DNA from: an uncultured Chlorobiaceae bacterium | GTDB lineage: Bacteria > Bacteroidota > Chlorobiia > Chlorobiales > Chlorobiaceae | Assembly (NCBI GenBank): GCA_903917955.1 | Contig: CAIXCO010000280.1 | Location: 3,450-67,449, forward strand | Reading direction: 5' to 3' | DNA length: 64,000 nt | Part shown: piece by piece, positions 25,075 to 37,337 of the stretch | How positions within the stretch are numbered: position 1 is the first letter of the stretch | How the letters are laid out: every line of letters starts with the position of its first letter | The notes under the pieces: generated by a model | The model's input: the letters and a program-made list of their open reading frames with translations, nothing else | Databases searched by the model: none | Told to the model about the DNA's origin: nothing | Program-made: the position numbers and the translations under genes

Positions 25075-25281
25075 TCAAACCTGGGCCGTTTCGGCTGCAG
25101 CAAGTTGATGGAGACGGTTTTTCATGCGCGCAATATCCCGCTTCGAATTGCGGAAAACCATAGGATTCTGCGGCTGCTCAATAACCTTAAAAAAATTGAT
25201 ATCGGCAAGTCTATTTTCAAGCTCTTTAAGCCTGTCAATCAGTTCCTGTTTGTTCAGTGCCGCAATTTCATACTTTTTCAT
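25075..25281 (-). CDS. rpmC: 50S ribosomal protein L29
   Basis: 68-aa MKKYEIAAL...KRDIARMK, located between rplP and rpsQ. Confidence 0.93.
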   Translation of the reverse strand: MKKYEIAALNKQELIDRLKELENRLADINFFKVIEQPQNPMVFRNSKRDIARMKNRLHQLAAAETAQV

Positions 25282-25303
25282 AATAAGTAACCCTCGTATC
25301 GAA

Positions 25304-25735
25304 TTAGTTGCTCGGTTTATCTTCGTAATCAGGACGGACAATGAATCTGGTCTTGATGGGCAGCTTCTGTGCTGCAAGCCTGAAAGCCTCTGTGGCGACC
25401 TCTTTCGGCACTCCATCAGCCTCAAACATGATTCTTCCTGGTTTGACAACCGCAACCCAAAACTCTGGCGAACCTTTACCAGATCCCATACGGGTCTCTG
25501 CAGGCTTCTGGGTTACTGGTTTGTCCGGAAAAATCCTGATCCAGATTTTACCATCCCTTTTCATAAATCTCGTCATGGCAACACGCGCAGCCTCAATCTG
25601 ACGGCTTGTTATCCATGCTGACTCAACTGCTTTCAGACCGAACGAACCAAAAGATACCGATGTACCACGTCCTGAATTGCCTTTCATCCGGCCTCGTTGT
25701 GTCTTTCTATATTTAACTCTCTTTGGCATTAACAT
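25304..25735 (-). CDS. rplP: 50S ribosomal protein L16
   Basis: [18 protein letters not shown]. Confidence 0.98.
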   Translation of the reverse strand: MLMPKRVKYRKTQRGRMKGNSGRGTSVSFGSFGLKAVESAWITSRQIEAARVAMTRFMKRDGKIWIRIFPDKPVTQKPAETRMGSGKGSPEFWVAVVKPGRIMFEADGVPKEVATEAFRLAAQKLPIKTRFIVRPDYEDKPSN

Positions 25736-25778
25736 ACAGGCAACTCCATTCTATTTTCTGATTTGTTGGTGCTTGATA

Positions 25779-26534
25779 TTATGATCGTTTGGTACGATTG
25801 CGGCGCTTGCTAGTGCGAGTGTCGCGATTTCTTGCTCCTGGATCACTACGTCTGTCCTTCATTCTCTTCATCTCTTCCTCTTCAATGGCGTCAATACGCT
25901 GCACAAGGACTTCACCCTTGTAAACCCAAACCTTGATACCGATGGTACCGGCTATGGTATGAGCGGTGACACTTGCATAATCGACATTGGCACGAATGGT
26001 ATGAAGCGGAATCTTGCCCTCTTTGTACTGCTCAGAGCGTGCAATTTCTGCTCCACCAAGACGACCACCACAGCGAATTCTGACACCTTCAGCGCCAGAG
26101 CGCATTGCCTGCTGTATAGCCTGTTTCATGGCCCTTCTGAACGATACACGATTTTCGAGCTGGTAGGCAATGTTATCACCAATCAACTGTGCCTCAATTT
26201 CAGGCTTTACAACCTCAACAACGTCAATCTTCACCTCTTTGCCGGTAATCCGACTCAGTTCCTGAGAAAGATTGTTGATTTCCTCACCTTTTCTGCCAAC
26301 AACAGCACCAGGGCGAGCTGCATAGATATTTATCTTGACATGCTTCGTCGTTCTTTCAATAATAATGCGCGCAATGCCAGCTCTCTCCTTCTTCAGCCTT
26401 GCGAGAACATAGGTACGAATAACATGGTCCTGTTTGATCTTATCCGATATAACCGGACTGTCATCGTACCAGCGTGACGCCCAGTCCCTGATAATTCCCA
26501 GCCTAAATCCAGTAGGATTAACTTTCTGACCCAA
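25779..26534 (-). CDS. rpsC: 30S ribosomal protein S3
   Basis: [22 protein letters not shown]; TTG start. Confidence 0.98.
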   Translation of the reverse strand: MGQKVNPTGFRLGIIRDWASRWYDDSPVISDKIKQDHVIRTYVLARLKKERAGIARIIIERTTKHVKINIYAARPGAVVGRKGEEINNLSQELSRITGKEVKIDVVEVVKPEIEAQLIGDNIAYQLENRVSFRRAMKQAIQQAMRSGAEGVRIRCGGRLGGAEIARSEQYKEGKIPLHTIRANVDYASVTAHTIAGTIGIKVWVYKGEVLVQRIDAIEEEEMKRMKDRRSDPGARNRDTRTSKRRNRTKRS

Positions 26535-26549
26535 TGCTCTCTCCTTGTT

Positions 26550-26909
26550 TTATTTAGTTGCTGGATTTTTAACCTTATCAATGACTATCGTAAGATGATT
26601 CGATCTTTTACGAATCCTGAATGCCCGACCCATGGGAGCCGGCAGCGTTCTTTTCAGTGTCGTACCTTCATCGACAAAAATGGTTTTGACGAAGAGCTCC
26701 TGGTCACTGACGCGTTCATCAGGATTCCGCTGAGCGTAATTTGCCACTGCTGACTTAAGCGTCATCATGACATTTCGCGAAGCAGCCTTTGTTGAGTTGA
26801 GCAGAATGGCCTTGGCCAGATCAACCTGCTTTCCACGAATCAGCCCTACGACAAGACGCATTTTCCGTGGCGATGTTGGCGTATCCCGTAAAATTGCTTT
26901 AGCTTCCAT
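26550..26909 (-). CDS. rplV: 50S ribosomal protein L22
   Basis: [15 protein letters not shown]. Confidence 0.97.
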   Translation of the reverse strand: MEAKAILRDTPTSPRKMRLVVGLIRGKQVDLAKAILLNSTKAASRNVMMTLKSAVANYAQRNPDERVSDQELFVKTIFVDEGTTLKRTLPAPMGRAFRIRKRSNHLTIVIDKVKNPATK

Positions 26910-26939
26910 TGTAATCTTTACCCTTTCGCGTTATTCAAT

Positions 26940-27239
26940 TTATTTTTTTCTTGGTGCTGATCCGCCTTTTTCAGCCTTTCCACCACCAGCATGGCCGCGA
27001 AACGATCTTGTCGGGGCAAACTCTCCAAGCTTATGACCTACCATATTATCACCAACATATACAGGCACATGGTTTTTACCATTATGCACAGCAACAGTGT
27101 GACCGACAAAATCAGGTGAAATCATTGAACTTCTGGACCAGGTCTTTATAACCTTTTTTTCTTCCCTGCTATTCATATCAAGGATCCGCTTTTCCAGTTT
27201 TATATCAATGAACGGTCCCTTTTTAAGTGATCTTGGCAT
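26940..27239 (-). CDS. rpsS: 30S ribosomal protein S19
   Basis: [19 protein letters not shown]. Confidence 0.98.
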   Translation of the reverse strand: MPRSLKKGPFIDIKLEKRILDMNSREEKKVIKTWSRSSMISPDFVGHTVAVHNGKNHVPVYVGDNMVGHKLGEFAPTRSFRGHAGGGKAEKGGSAPRKK

Positions 27240-27272
27240 AATTTCTCTGCTTGTTGTTGTTAACCGCTATAG

Positions 27273-28112
27273 TTATTTGGCGTTTCTGCCCCGTACAATC
27301 AATTTCTGTGAAGCCTTTTTCTTGTTCCTCGTCTTCAAACCCTTGGCAAGCTGACCCCATGGCGACATAGGATGCTTTCTACCACCGCCTGATTTCGACT
27401 TACCTTCACCACCACCCATCGGGTGATCGACCGGGTTCATCGCCATACCTCTCGTCTGAGGACGGATACCAAGCCAGCGACTTCTACCTGCTTTACCGAG
27501 AACCACATTTTCATGATCCGTATTTCCTACTACACCGATTGTAGCACGACACTCGACCCTGAGCTTGCGAATTTCGCCAGAAGGAAGCTTCAATGTAACA
27601 TAATCTCCTTCACGAGCAGCAAGAACTGCAAATCCACCTGCAGATCGTACAATTTGTCCACCCTTGCCCGCCTTCATCTCAACATTATGAATATCGGTAC
27701 CAAGAGGAATATTTTTCAGAGGCATGGTGTTGCCGGTCTTGATTTCGACCTTCTCTCCGCTTTCCACCTTGTCGCCGACATTTAAACCTTTCGGGGCGAG
27801 AATATAACGTTTTTCTCCGTCATTGTAATGCAATAATGCAATTCTTGATGAACGGTTTGGATCATACTCAATTGCAGCAACCGTTGCAGGAATTCCATCC
27901 TTGTTGCGCTTGAAATCGATGATCCTGTAATGCCTTTTGTGTCCACCACCTCTATGCCTTGACGTCTTGCGTCCAGCAGCATTGCGGCCACCTGACTTTT
28001 TTAGGGGCACAAGCAAGCTTTTTTCAGGCGTGCTTTTTGTGATTTCATCGAATGCAGGGTACGACATGAACCTTGACCCTGGCGTTACCGGCGCTAACTT
28101 CCTTATAGCCAT
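27273..28112 (-). CDS. rplB: 50S ribosomal protein L2
   Basis: [20 protein letters not shown]. Confidence 0.98.
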   Translation of the reverse strand: MAIRKLAPVTPGSRFMSYPAFDEITKSTPEKSLLVPLKKSGGRNAAGRKTSRHRGGGHKRHYRIIDFKRNKDGIPATVAAIEYDPNRSSRIALLHYNDGEKRYILAPKGLNVGDKVESGEKVEIKTGNTMPLKNIPLGTDIHNVEMKAGKGGQIVRSAGGFAVLAAREGDYVTLKLPSGEIRKLRVECRATIGVVGNTDHENVVLGKAGRSRWLGIRPQTRGMAMNPVDHPMGGGEGKSKSGGGRKHPMSPWGQLAKGLKTRNKKKASQKLIVRGRNAK

Positions 28113-28143
28113 TTGAATGTATGATCTATCCTTTTTATGAGTA

Positions 28144-28455
28144 CTATCCTTCGCTCTTCTGGGCTGAACCTGAGTAATAATCTATTGACTGACCCTTTTC
28201 AAGAGTGATAATCGCTTTCTTCCAGTCACTTTTCTTCCCGGTAACCCTTCCCTTGCGGGTATTCTGGGCTCGGGATTTGCCGAGGCAATTGATCGTACGG
28301 ATCGACTTGACCTCAACACCAAATTTGTTCTCTACCGCTTTCTTTATATCAGTCTTGTCAGCATCGTTTTTAACGACAAAGACATACTGTCCTTTCTTCT
28401 CTGTCAGCCCAGTACTTTTCTCTGTCAACAAAGGGCGCAATAACGGGTTTATCAT
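28144..28455 (-). CDS. rplW: 50S ribosomal protein L23
   Basis: [15 protein letters not shown]. Confidence 0.97.
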   Translation of the reverse strand: MINPLLRPLLTEKSTGLTEKKGQYVFVVKNDADKTDIKKAVENKFGVEVKSIRTINCLGKSRAQNTRKGRVTGKKSDWKKAIITLEKGQSIDYYSGSAQKSEG

Positions 28456-28487
28456 CTCTTTAACTCCTTTTTTGGGGAAAACTCCAA

Positions 28488-29114
28488 TTACCCTAAAGTA
28501 TCTTCTATTTTTTTCAGCGCAGTCTTCTGGACGAGTAACGTATGGCTATGAAGAATATCATAGGTAGAAGCCTTATCGGCTGTCATGATATTCAATGCCG
28601 CGATATTCTTTCCGGATCTTGCAATGATCAGATCATACTCAGGCGTCAACATAAGAGTTTTTTTCTGAGAAAGACCAAGATTTTTCAGGATCTGGGCAAA
28701 AGGTTTTGTCTTGATGCTTTCGAAGATGAAATCCTCTATAACAAGAATCTGGCCAGCCTTCGCTTTCGAACTCAGTGCAGAGCGTCTTGCAAGAAGTTTA
28801 ACCTTCTTGTTGACTTTCTGATCATAAGAGTGAGGCACAGGTCCGAAGATAGTACCACCACCGCTATTGAGTGGGGAACGACTTGAACCCTGGCGCGCAT
28901 TACCGGTACCTTTCTGACGAAGGGGCTTTCTTCCGCCGCCTCTTACCTCACCGCGTGTTTTGGTCTTGTGAGTTCCCTGCCGTCTGTTTGCGAGAATCGA
29001 CTTGACGTCGAGGTACATCGCATGTTCAGATATTTCTGCGCCGAATATATCATCACGGAGCGTTACCACTTCCCCGGTTTCAGTTCCGCCGGTATTTAAG
29101 ACTTTAAGTTCCAT
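28488..29114 (-). CDS. rplD: 50S ribosomal protein L4
   Basis: [20 protein letters not shown]. Confidence 0.97.
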   Translation of the reverse strand: MELKVLNTGGTETGEVVTLRDDIFGAEISEHAMYLDVKSILANRRQGTHKTKTRGEVRGGGRKPLRQKGTGNARQGSSRSPLNSGGGTIFGPVPHSYDQKVNKKVKLLARRSALSSKAKAGQILVIEDFIFESIKTKPFAQILKNLGLSQKKTLMLTPEYDLIIARSGKNIAALNIMTADKASTYDILHSHTLLVQKTALKKIEDTLG

Positions 29115-29133
29115 AGCTTCGTGCATTCAGCAT

Positions 29134-29763
29134 TTACTTTTTTGTAGAAACAATCTTGACATAGGAATTCTTTGGTCCAGGCACCGATCCCTTGATGACA
29201 ATAAGATTCGATTCCGGCATGATCTTGAATATTACAAGATTCCTCACGGTAATATTGTCTGATCCCATGCGTCCAGCCATTCTGGTACCCTTGAAAACCC
29301 TTGATGGATCGGAGGAAGCACCAATCGAACCAGGCGCTCTCTGCCTATCCGACTGACCATGTGTCCTCTGAGCACCGGAGAAGTTGTGACGCTTCATAAC
29401 ACCAGCAAAACCTTTTCCTTTCGAAACACCGAGAACATCAATCTTTTCGCCCTCTTTGAACGATTCAACACTGACGGCACTGCCCAGTTCCAGCTCCTGA
29501 TTCAGCTCTGTAAAGTCAAACTCAGCCAGCTTAAACCCCGGGGTCACTCCAGCCTTTTTGTAATGTCCCTGCAGTGGCTTGCTGACATTCTTTTCCTTTC
29601 TTTCTCCGATACCAATCTGATAAGCATCGTAACCGTCTGTATCAACACGCTTAACCTGTGTTACAAAGCATGGACCTGCCTGGATAATCGTGCAGGATAC
29701 TGCTTCGCGTTTCTCATTGAATAAACGGGTCATGCCGATTTTTTTTCCAAGAATCGCACCCAT
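29134..29763 (-). CDS. rplC: 50S ribosomal protein L3
   Basis: [21 protein letters not shown]. Confidence 0.98.
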   Translation of the reverse strand: MGAILGKKIGMTRLFNEKREAVSCTIIQAGPCFVTQVKRVDTDGYDAYQIGIGERKEKNVSKPLQGHYKKAGVTPGFKLAEFDFTELNQELELGSAVSVESFKEGEKIDVLGVSKGKGFAGVMKRHNFSGAQRTHGQSDRQRAPGSIGASSDPSRVFKGTRMAGRMGSDNITVRNLVIFKIMPESNLIVIKGSVPGPKNSYVKIVSTKK

Positions 29764-29786
29764 ATCTGATTATCTTTTCTAATTCT

Positions 29787-30098
29787 TTAAGACTTAATTT
29801 CAACATCAACGCCGCTTGGAAGTTCGAGCTTCATCAGCATATCAATGGTTCTGGATGTCGGATTTATAATTTCAATCAACCTCTTGTGAGAGGAAAAAGA
29901 AAACTGCTCACGGGACTTCTTGTCGACATGCGGAGACCGGTTTACGGTATAAACATGCGATTTTGTAGGCAGCGGTATTGGACCAAAGATAATAGCGTCC
30001 GTCTGCTTGACCACATCAATAATCCTTAAAGCCCACTTATCAACCAGGCTATGGTCGTAAGACTTGAGCTTGATTCTTATCTTTTGCTGTACAGCCAC
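29787..30098 (-). CDS. rpsJ: 30S ribosomal protein S10
   Basis: [29 protein letters not shown]. Confidence 0.98.
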   Translation of the reverse strand: MAVQQKIRIKLKSYDHSLVDKWALRIIDVVKQTDAIIFGPIPLPTKSHVYTVNRSPHVDKKSREQFSFSSHKRLIEIINPTSRTIDMLMKLELPSGVDVEIKS

Positions 30099-30125
30099 TT
30101 GTCAACCCTGTTTCGTGTTATCAAT

Positions 30126-30156
30126 AAAAAAGGGACGGGATTTATGACCCCGTCCC
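30126..30156 (-). terminator. Intrinsic terminator/attenuator hairpin after tuf
   Basis: Minus strand GGGACGGGG-TCATAAA-TCCCGTCCC followed by TTTTTT. Confidence 0.7.
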
Positions 30157-30175
30157 GGGACGCCATACAATCTTC

Positions 30176-31357
30176 TTATTCAATAATCGAGGTAACGGAA
30201 CCTGCACCAACCGTACGACCGCCCTCACGAATAGCAAAACGCAGCCCTTCATCCATAGCGATAGGGGCAAGCAACTCAACCTCTACACCAAGGTTATCAC
30301 CAGGCATAACCATCTCAACGCCTTCAGGCAGCGTCACAGAACCGGTAACATCTGTGGTACGGAAGTAGAACTGGGGACGGTAGCCGTTAAAGAACGGAGT
30401 ATGACGGCCACCCTCTTCTTTCTTCAAAATATAGACCTCAGCCTTGAACTTGGTGTGCGGCTTGATAGTACCTGGTTTGGCAATAACCATACCACGCTCG
30501 AGTTCAGTTTTATCGACACCTCTGAGAAGAAGACCGGCGTTATCACCTGCCTGACCTTCATCAAGAAGCTTCTGGAACATTTCGATACCGGTAACAACCG
30601 ATTTACGCGTTGGTCTCAGACCGACAATTTCAACCTCTTCGTTGATTTTAACACGGCCTCTCTCAATTCTGCCAGTACCAACCGTACCACGACCAGAAAT
30701 TGAGAAGACATCTTCAACCGGCATCAAGAATGGTTTGTCAATGTCGCGAACAGGCTCAGGGATAAATGAATCGACAGCATCCATAAGCTCCATAATTGAA
30801 GCTTCAGCCTCTGGGTCGCCCTCAAGAGCCTTGAGTGCAGAACCCTTGATGATCGGAATATCGTCACCAGGAAAGTTGTACTGGGTCAAAAGCTCTCTCA
30901 GCTCAAGCTCAACAAGCTCGATAAGCTCAGGATCAGCAATGTCAACCTTGTTCAGAAAAACAACAAGTGAAGGGACGTTTACCTGACGGGCAAGCAGAAT
31001 GTGCTCGCGTGTTTGAGGCATAGGACCATCGGTACCGGCTACAACAAGAATCGCGCCATCCATCTGGGCAGCACCGGTGATCATGTTTTTGATGTAATCA
31101 GCGTGGCCAGGACAGTCAATGTGCGCATAGTGACGCTTTTTTGTCTGATACTCAACGTGCGCTGTTGAAATGGTAATACCGCGTTCCCTCTCTTCAGGAG
31201 CCTTGTCGATACTGCCGAAGTCACGCACTGCAGCAAGTCCCTGCTTGGCGAGAACCGAAGTAATCGCAGCGGTCAAGGTTGTCTTGCCATGATCAACGTG
31301 ACCAATGGTTCCTATATTGACATGGGGTTTATCCCTTTTGTAGGACTCTTTTGCCAT
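30176..31357 (-). CDS. tuf: Elongation factor Tu
   Basis: [21 protein letters not shown]. Confidence 0.99.
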   Translation of the reverse strand: MAKESYKRDKPHVNIGTIGHVDHGKTTLTAAITSVLAKQGLAAVRDFGSIDKAPEERERGITISTAHVEYQTKKRHYAHIDCPGHADYIKNMITGAAQMDGAILVVAGTDGPMPQTREHILLARQVNVPSLVVFLNKVDIADPELIELVELELRELLTQYNFPGDDIPIIKGSALKALEGDPEAEASIMELMDAVDSFIPEPVRDIDKPFLMPVEDVFSISGRGTVGTGRIERGRVKINEEVEIVGLRPTRKSVVTGIEMFQKLLDEGQAGDNAGLLLRGVDKTELERGMVIAKPGTIKPHTKFKAEVYILKKEEGGRHTPFFNGYRPQFYFRTTDVTGSVTLPEGVEMVMPGDNLGVEVELLAPIAMDEGLRFAIREGGRTVGAGSVTSIIE

Positions 31358-31423
31358 AACTTATCTCCGTGTCGGTTATCTGTTATTGTTTGTGTAATTA
31401 AATCTGATACAGCCGTCGCCCGC

Positions 31424-33538
31424 CTAGTCCGAATCCTTGCTTGTCCTCTTCTCCTGCAAAGCCTCCGCAATGCTGCGTGGAACTTCGCGATAACAGTCAA
31501 ACTCCATCGAATAATTCGCCCTTCCCTGACTCATCGAACGCAAATCGGTCGAATAACCGAACATTGCTGAAAGCGGAACCTTGGCGTTGACAAACTGAGC
31601 GCCAGCCCTCTGGCCCATACCTTCGATATGACCACGACGACTCGACAAATCACCCATGACATCACCAAGATATTCCTCTGGTGTAACAACCTCAACCTTC
31701 ATGATCGGCTCAAGCAAAACCGGAGCAGCCTTTTTAGCCGCACCCTTGAACCCGATTGAACCGGCAATCTTGAATGCCATTTCCGAAGAGTCAACCTCAT
31801 GATACTTGCCATCCAAAAGGGTGACCTTGATATCCTGCATCGGATAACCTGCAACAACACCGCCTTTCATCGCCTGCTGCACACCGGCATTAACTGCTGG
31901 AATATATTCTCTCGGAATAACTCCACCCTTGACAGCATCAACAAACTCATATCCTTTTCCCTCTTCAAGCGGCTCAACGCGGAGAACAACCAGACCGAAC
32001 TGACCCTTACCACCGGACTGACGAACAAATTTGCCCTCAAACTCCACCGACTCCCTAATCGTTTCACGATAAGCAACCTGCGGCTTTCCAACATTGGCTT
32101 CGACCTTGAACTCACGTTTGAGGCGATCAACCAAAATTTCAAGATGAAGCTCACCCATACCAGCAATCAACGTCTGACCAGTCTCATCATCAGTCTTAAC
32201 CTTGAAGGTCGGATCCTCTTCAGCGAGCTTGGCAAGTGACATGCCGAGCCTGTCAGAATCACTCTTGGTTTTCGGCTCGATGGCAATCTGGATAACAGGC
32301 TCAGGAAAAACCATTTTCTCAAGTACCACTGGATGATTTTCATCACAAATGGTATCGCCTGTCCTCACATCTTTCAAACCAACTGCCGCTGCGATATCAC
32401 CGCAATAAACACAATCTATATCCTCTCTCTTGTTGGAATGCATCTGAAGCACCCTGCCGATCCGCTCTTTTTTGCCAGTCATGGTATTGAGTACATAACT
32501 GCCAGCTTTGAGGAAACCGGAATAAACCCTGAAAAATGTAAGCTTTCCAACAAATGGATCCGTTGCAATCTTGAAGGCAAGAGCTGCAAATGGCTCCTCA
32601 TCTTTCGGCTCGCGACTCACCGACTCCTCGGTACGTGGATGATGCCCTTCAACAGCACCAACATCGACCGGAGAAGCAAGATACTCGACTACAGCATCAA
32701 GCATAAACTGAACACCCTTGTTCTTGAAAGAGGAACCGCAAAGTACCGGAATAATGGTAACCTTGAGTGTCGCCTGGCGCAACACGTTTCTTACCTCTTC
32801 CTCAGTGATCTCCTCACCATTCAAATATTTTTCGAGAAGCGTGTCGTTATGCTCCGAAACCGCCTCAAGCATATTGATCCGCCATGTACGAGCCTCATTC
32901 TGAAGGTCGTGCGGAATCTCGACTTCATCATAAGTGCTGCCATCTTCTTTATTATAGATGATACCTTTCATTCTGATAAGATCAACGAAACCGGCAAAAA
33001 TCTCGCCTTCGCCAATCGGTATCTGAAGAGGAACCGGGTTGGCACTGAGCCGCTCCCTGATAGCCTTGACCGTATCAAAAAAGTTTGCACCAGTCCTGTC
33101 CATCTTGTTGATGTAGGCAATCCTTGGCACACCATACTTGTTCGCCTGGCGCCAGACCGTTTCAGACTGAGGCTCTACTCCACCAACCGCACAAAAAAGC
33201 GCTACAGCACCGTCAAGCACACGCAGGGAACGTTCAACTTCAACCGTAAAATCAACATGGCCAGGTGTATCGATAATATTGATACGATGATTGACACCGA
33301 CATAATTACCAAACTTCGGTACCCAGAAACAGGTTGTCGCAGCAGAAGTGATGGTAATACCACGCTCCTTCTCCTGATCCATCCAGTCCATCGTTGCACC
33401 ACCATCATGCACTTCACCCATACGATGCAAGCGACCGGTATAATAGAGAATTCTCTCTGTTGTCGTCGTCTTTCCGGCATCAATGTGAGCCATGATACCG
33501 ATATTGCGTACTTTATCTAAATCAACCAGCCTTGCCAT
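31424..33538 (-). CDS. fusA: Elongation factor G
   Basis: [24 protein letters not shown]. Confidence 0.99.
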   Translation of the reverse strand: MARLVDLDKVRNIGIMAHIDAGKTTTTERILYYTGRLHRMGEVHDGGATMDWMDQEKERGITITSAATTCFWVPKFGNYVGVNHRINIIDTPGHVDFTVEVERSLRVLDGAVALFCAVGGVEPQSETVWRQANKYGVPRIAYINKMDRTGANFFDTVKAIRERLSANPVPLQIPIGEGEIFAGFVDLIRMKGIIYNKEDGSTYDEVEIPHDLQNEARTWRINMLEAVSEHNDTLLEKYLNGEEITEEEVRNVLRQATLKVTIIPVLCGSSFKNKGVQFMLDAVVEYLASPVDVGAVEGHHPRTEESVSREPKDEEPFAALAFKIATDPFVGKLTFFRVYSGFLKAGSYVLNTMTGKKERIGRVLQMHSNKREDIDCVYCGDIAAAVGLKDVRTGDTICDENHPVVLEKMVFPEPVIQIAIEPKTKSDSDRLGMSLAKLAEEDPTFKVKTDDETGQTLIAGMGELHLEILVDRLKREFKVEANVGKPQVAYRETIRESVEFEGKFVRQSGGKGQFGLVVLRVEPLEEGKGYEFVDAVKGGVIPREYIPAVNAGVQQAMKGGVVAGYPMQDIKVTLLDGKYHEVDSSEMAFKIAGSIGFKGAAKKAAPVLLEPIMKVEVVTPEEYLGDVMGDLSSRRGHIEGMGQRAGAQFVNAKVPLSAMFGYSTDLRSMSQGRANYSMEFDCYREVPRSIAEALQEKRTSKDSD

Positions 33539-33578
33539 AACAAAATTTTAGACCTTTTATCCACACTTTGACAAACTC

Positions 33579-34046
33579 TCAGAACCTGAAATGCGCAAAT
33601 GCCTTGTTCGCATCAGCCATACGATGTACCTCATCACGCTTTTTCACCGACGCACCCTGCTCATTGGCAGCATCCATCAGCTCAGCAGCAAGCTTCTCAG
33701 CCATTGAGCGGCCACCACGCTTTTTAGCATAAATCTTCAACCAACGAAATGCAAGCGCACCTCTGCGGGAAGCCTTGACCTCCATAGGAATCTGGTAGGT
33801 CGCGCCGCCAACCCTCTTGCTCCGAACCTCAACGACCGGCGCAATATGCGACATAGCCTTGCGGTACACTTCAAGCGGATCCTCTCCAGCAAGTTTCTCG
33901 GCAATGATAGCAAACGCATCATAGACTATCTTTGTAGCAACAGCCTTCTTACCATCAAGCATCACAGCATTGATAAAACGGGCAACACTCTCATCCCCGT
34001 AACGGAAATCAACACCGATTCTTTTATAGCCAACTTTTTTGGGCAT
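33579..34046 (-). CDS. rpsG: 30S ribosomal protein S7
   Basis: [23 protein letters not shown]. Confidence 0.98.
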   Translation of the reverse strand: MPKKVGYKRIGVDFRYGDESVARFINAVMLDGKKAVATKIVYDAFAIIAEKLAGEDPLEVYRKAMSHIAPVVEVRSKRVGGATYQIPMEVKASRRGALAFRWLKIYAKKRGGRSMAEKLAAELMDAANEQGASVKKRDEVHRMADANKAFAHFRF

Positions 34047-34078
34047 GTTCTTCTCTGAATTTATGATTCTGTTTTTAC

Positions 34079-34489
34079 CTACCTCTTACCCTTGCCCTTG
34101 ACAGGAGCTGGCACACCAGCTTTCGGCTGTTTTGCTCCGTATTTCGACCTACTCTGCTTACGATCAGAAACACCGGACGTATCGAGCGAACCGCGCACAA
34201 TGTGATAGCGCACACCAGGAAGATCCTTTACCCTGCCGCCGCGAATCAAAACGATTGAATGCTCCTGCAGGTTATGACCTTCTCCCGGAATATATGCCGT
34301 AACTTCAATCTTGTTAGACAACCTTACACGCGCAACTTTCCGTAACGCTGAGTTAGGTTTTTTTGGAGTTGTCGTGTAAACACGCGTACAAACCCCGCGC
34401 TTCTGTGGGCATTTTTCAAGCGCTGGTGACGCTGTTTTTGAGGCTTTTACACTTCTTCCGAGCCTGATGAGCTGCTGAATCGTCGGCAT
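34079..34489 (-). CDS. rpsL: 30S ribosomal protein S12
   Basis: [29 protein letters not shown]. Confidence 0.98.
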   Translation of the reverse strand: MPTIQQLIRLGRSVKASKTASPALEKCPQKRGVCTRVYTTTPKKPNSALRKVARVRLSNKIEVTAYIPGEGHNLQEHSIVLIRGGRVKDLPGVRYHIVRGSLDTSGVSDRKQSRSKYGAKQPKAGVPAPVKGKGKR

Positions 34490-34753
34490 ACTGAAACTCT
34501 CTTTCTTTTTAAAAAACCTCTGATTACAAAAAAACGCAATGCAATGCTTAAAAATCCATAAGGACAGACAATGTAAGCGAATTATGAAAAAAACCAAAAC
34601 CTAAATGAATATATTTCGTCTTCTGATGAAAAAAATTCTTTACATCCGCTCAGCCCCGCTTGAAGAGAGCAACCGTCCGTACGGAGCTCACCAAAACTTC
34701 CCTTTATTACTATAGATCTCTCTTCGCCAACCCGTCTCAGCGCGACGCCAAAG

Positions 34754-34995
34754 CTCAAGCAAATCAACGCATTTCCGCTCGATCCAGAGCTTGACCTCTC
34801 GGCGGGCAATTTCTTTCCGGAGGGCTCCAATTTCGGAGTCTTCATGGATTCATGTCCCGATCGCTGGGGCCAACTCCTGATGAAACGGAGGGAGGCGATC
34901 GAGGCAAAAGAGGAGGGGCGCACACCAAGATCTCTTGGCCCATGGGATTTCCTGTTGGGAGTCCAGGACTGCACACGCATGGGCGCCTTGGGTTT
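34754..34995 (+). pseudogene. N-terminal fragment of a HipA-family toxin kinase
   Basis: In-frame translation LKQINAFPLDPELDL...FGVFMDSCPDRWGQLLMKRREA...DFLLGVQDCTRMGAL resembles the HipA N-terminal region (PDRWG...MGALRF); no kinase domain follows. Confidence 0.7.
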
Positions 34996-35363
34996 AGCGG
35001 GCAGGAGTGCTCGGTGGCGGAGCATTTGTTTTGTTGCGGCAACTGACAACACCGCAAACTCGTGAATGCTGCCTGCGCTGGTTGGCACTCAAGTTTTAAT
35101 AACTTCCAACAGCAAATCATTCCTGAAATGCTGATACATTGTATAGCGAAATACTCAATCCCCCCTCTTACGCCAGTCAGGAAAAAAACGGAAGCATTTT
35201 TCATGCCAGAATTACGTCCAATAACTTATATTGGAAAAAAAGCGAGGGTGATGCTTATGCCAATTCCAATGTTGAGCAGGTCATAACCAAATTAATCGCC
35301 GAAAAAGGCACATGAAAGGAACTCTACAAAAATGAGCCCGGTTTGAAAAAGGGAGGTACTAAC

Positions 35364-35594
35364 ATGCCAATGACAATAAAAAAAATTGAATCAGAAGCTC
35401 TCAATCTGGATATGCACTCCCGAAGCAGGCTCGTTGGAAAGTTGCTCTTGAGTCTGGATGAGCCAACAGTGTCGGAAGTCGAACAACTTTGGCTGGATGA
35501 AGCAGAAAGGCGACTTGATGATTATCGTGCAGGGAAGGTTCACGGTATTTCTGGTGACGAAGTATTCAAAAGAGCGATAAGCGAGTTGTCATGA
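35364..35594 (+). CDS. Addiction module antitoxin (TIGR02574-like)
   Basis: Small acidic protein EALNL...LLLSLD...WLDEAERRL..YRAG; RBS GGAGG; ATGA overlap with toxin. Confidence 0.85.
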   Translation: MPMTIKKIESEALNLDMHSRSRLVGKLLLSLDEPTVSEVEQLWLDEAERRLDDYRAGKVHGISGDEVFKRAISELS

Positions 35595-35893
35595 ACTTCG
35601 AATTCTTGCCGGAAGCAGATGAAGAGTTTCGGGAGGCTTCCCGCTACTACGAAAATGCAGCTCCAGGGGTAGGCTTGGCATTTATTGCTGAAGTACATAG
35701 GGTAATATCAATAGTTATTTCCAATCCCCTTGCCACAAAACAAATAAGAGGCACTATCCGCAGCAAAGTACTCCTTCATTTTCCTTATAGCTTGTTCTAT
35801 TCCATTGAATCCGATTTAATTTTGATAGTCGCTGTAGCCCATCAAAAAAGGCGTCCAACATACTGGCGAAGCAGATTAAAACGTATGGAATGA
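35591..35893 (+). CDS. RelE/ParE family type II toxin
   Basis: EADEEF.EA..YY, FPYSLFY, IVAVAHQKRRP.YW. Confidence 0.88.
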   Translation: MNFEFLPEADEEFREASRYYENAAPGVGLAFIAEVHRVISIVISNPLATKQIRGTIRSKVLLHFPYSLFYSIESDLILIVAVAHQKRRPTYWRSRLKRME

Positions 35894-36019
35894 GACGTTC
35901 ACCCATAGTACACCTCTATAATCATATCCGATAACTCTCTTGTGCTGTGACGATACCAATACTCACGAATTGGCCAACAGCGAACTCATCAACCTGTTGA
36001 ACCCTGAGTTTCCGCACTA

Positions 36020-37223
36020 ATGTCATGTCACTCTTCAATTGTCGGATAAAGTCGTAACAGCTTTATTCTCGCCTTTTCGTTTGTAAAACGCCAATTTATC
36101 TTGGAATTTTTATTGTTTCGTTCCATCTCCCATGCTGCAACTTCCGACCTGACTTCTGTAATCGTATCAATGCGACGGTTCAAGCATTGAGTCGTCAAAA
36201 CTCTCAATTCTATCTCTGCCATATTCAACCAGCTTCCGTGTTTTGGGGTATACACAAACTCGAACCTATCCAATAACTCCTTTGCTTTATTTGGTTTAAG
36301 TGTATGATATAATGATCCTGGCTCATGCGTATTGAGGTTGTCCATCACCAGCGTAATCCGTTTTGCATGCTTGTACTAATTGGCTATTTCTTCAAGGAAT
36401 TTTGCCCAGTCAGGTCTTTTTCTGTTTGTGGTTATTTGAACCATCCGTTTTCCGACCAACGGTTCATTGGCCATAAAAATATTACAGGTACCATTCCTGC
36501 TGTATTCATAATCATATCTGGCCAACTGCCCAGCTCTTGCCGGTATCGGTGTTCTTGTTTCAGCAATCAACTGCTTTGGTGATTCATCCATGCAGACAAC
36601 CGGGTACAGGGGGTCATAAGGTTGCTTATAAACGTCAAGCACCATCTCCATATGTGCCACAAAATTCCCATCACTGAGCGGAGGAATTATCCATCCATCC
36701 TTTTTCCAAGGCTTAATGACGTTTTTTTTAAAACCCTTCGGACGGTCTCATAGGAAATATTGTCCACATAGTCCAGTTCGACTACCTTATCTACCAATAA
36801 GCTAAGGGTCCACCGTTTATGCCCTTCGGGTGCGGGTGAGCAGCTCAGGGCTATCAAATGAGCTTCAAAGTCCCCATCTGCTTTCCTGCGATACACTTGT
36901 ATTGACGGCTTTCCTGTGAGGGCCACATCAAAACCCTCCTCTATAAATCGCTTTTTTACCCGGTCTATCGTTTTCATGCTGATATTCAGAACGCACGCAA
37001 TGGTTTCGTTTATTGAACGTTCTATCTGGTATTCGCCTTCATCACAAGCCAGTAAAATCAAGGCATTCAGCATCGTTTGAGCCGCGCGCTTTCCTTTGTT
37101 ACTGAGTGCATTCAGTTCTTTTCTCTCTTCTTGGGTCAGGGTCACTTTGTACTTCTTCATAGTCAAATCTTGGTTGGTGATTATGAAGAATGAGATAACG
37201 CTTTTATACGAATGACATGACAC
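36020..37223 (-). mobile_element. IS630-family insertion sequence, 1204 bp
   Basis: Terminal inverted repeats aTGTCATGTCAcTC / gTGTCATGTCAtTC flanked by duplicated TA (36018-19 and 37224-25). Confidence 0.9.
36028..37160 (-). pseudogene. IS630 transposase: orfA/orfB joined by -1 slippery site, premature TAG at 36376-78
   Basis: orfA MKKYKVTLT..., slippery TTTTAAAAAAAAC near 36721-36733, VCMDE, MDNLNTH, PKHGSWLNMAE; in-frame TAG between the catalytic D residues. Confidence 0.88.
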
Positions 37224-37290
37224 TAATTGGCGAAGTCGGGAGACGTTACTGTGATGGGCAACTTCACGTTATGCAAAATATTTTTCGACT

Positions 37291-37305
37291 GGGGGCTTTG
37301 CCCCC
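37291..37305 (-). other. GC hairpin (GGGGGC-AAA-GCCCCC) 32 nt downstream of the DUF1566 stop; candidate DGR target-recognition stem-loop
   Basis: Perfect 6-bp GC stem with 3-nt loop, no adjacent U tract. Confidence 0.55.
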
Positions 37306-37337
37306 GGTACCCCCTTAATTGTTTAATTGATAAATGG

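Noticed and set aside
32333-33520. Long plus-strand ORFs such as 395 aa opposite fusA, 301 aa opposite bchB and 281 aa opposite the baseplate gene
   Set aside because: Antisense shadows of well-supported genes, with no recognisable motifs.
33557-33565. Perfect DnaA box TTATCCACA between rpsG and fusA
   Set aside because: A single 9-mer in a short operon spacer, compatible with chance.
35928-37274. Integron attC site (CGATAAC...GTTATGC) split by IS630 after the TA pair
   Set aside because: Only 5 bp of core complementarity, no convincing internal palindrome, no integrase or further attC sites.
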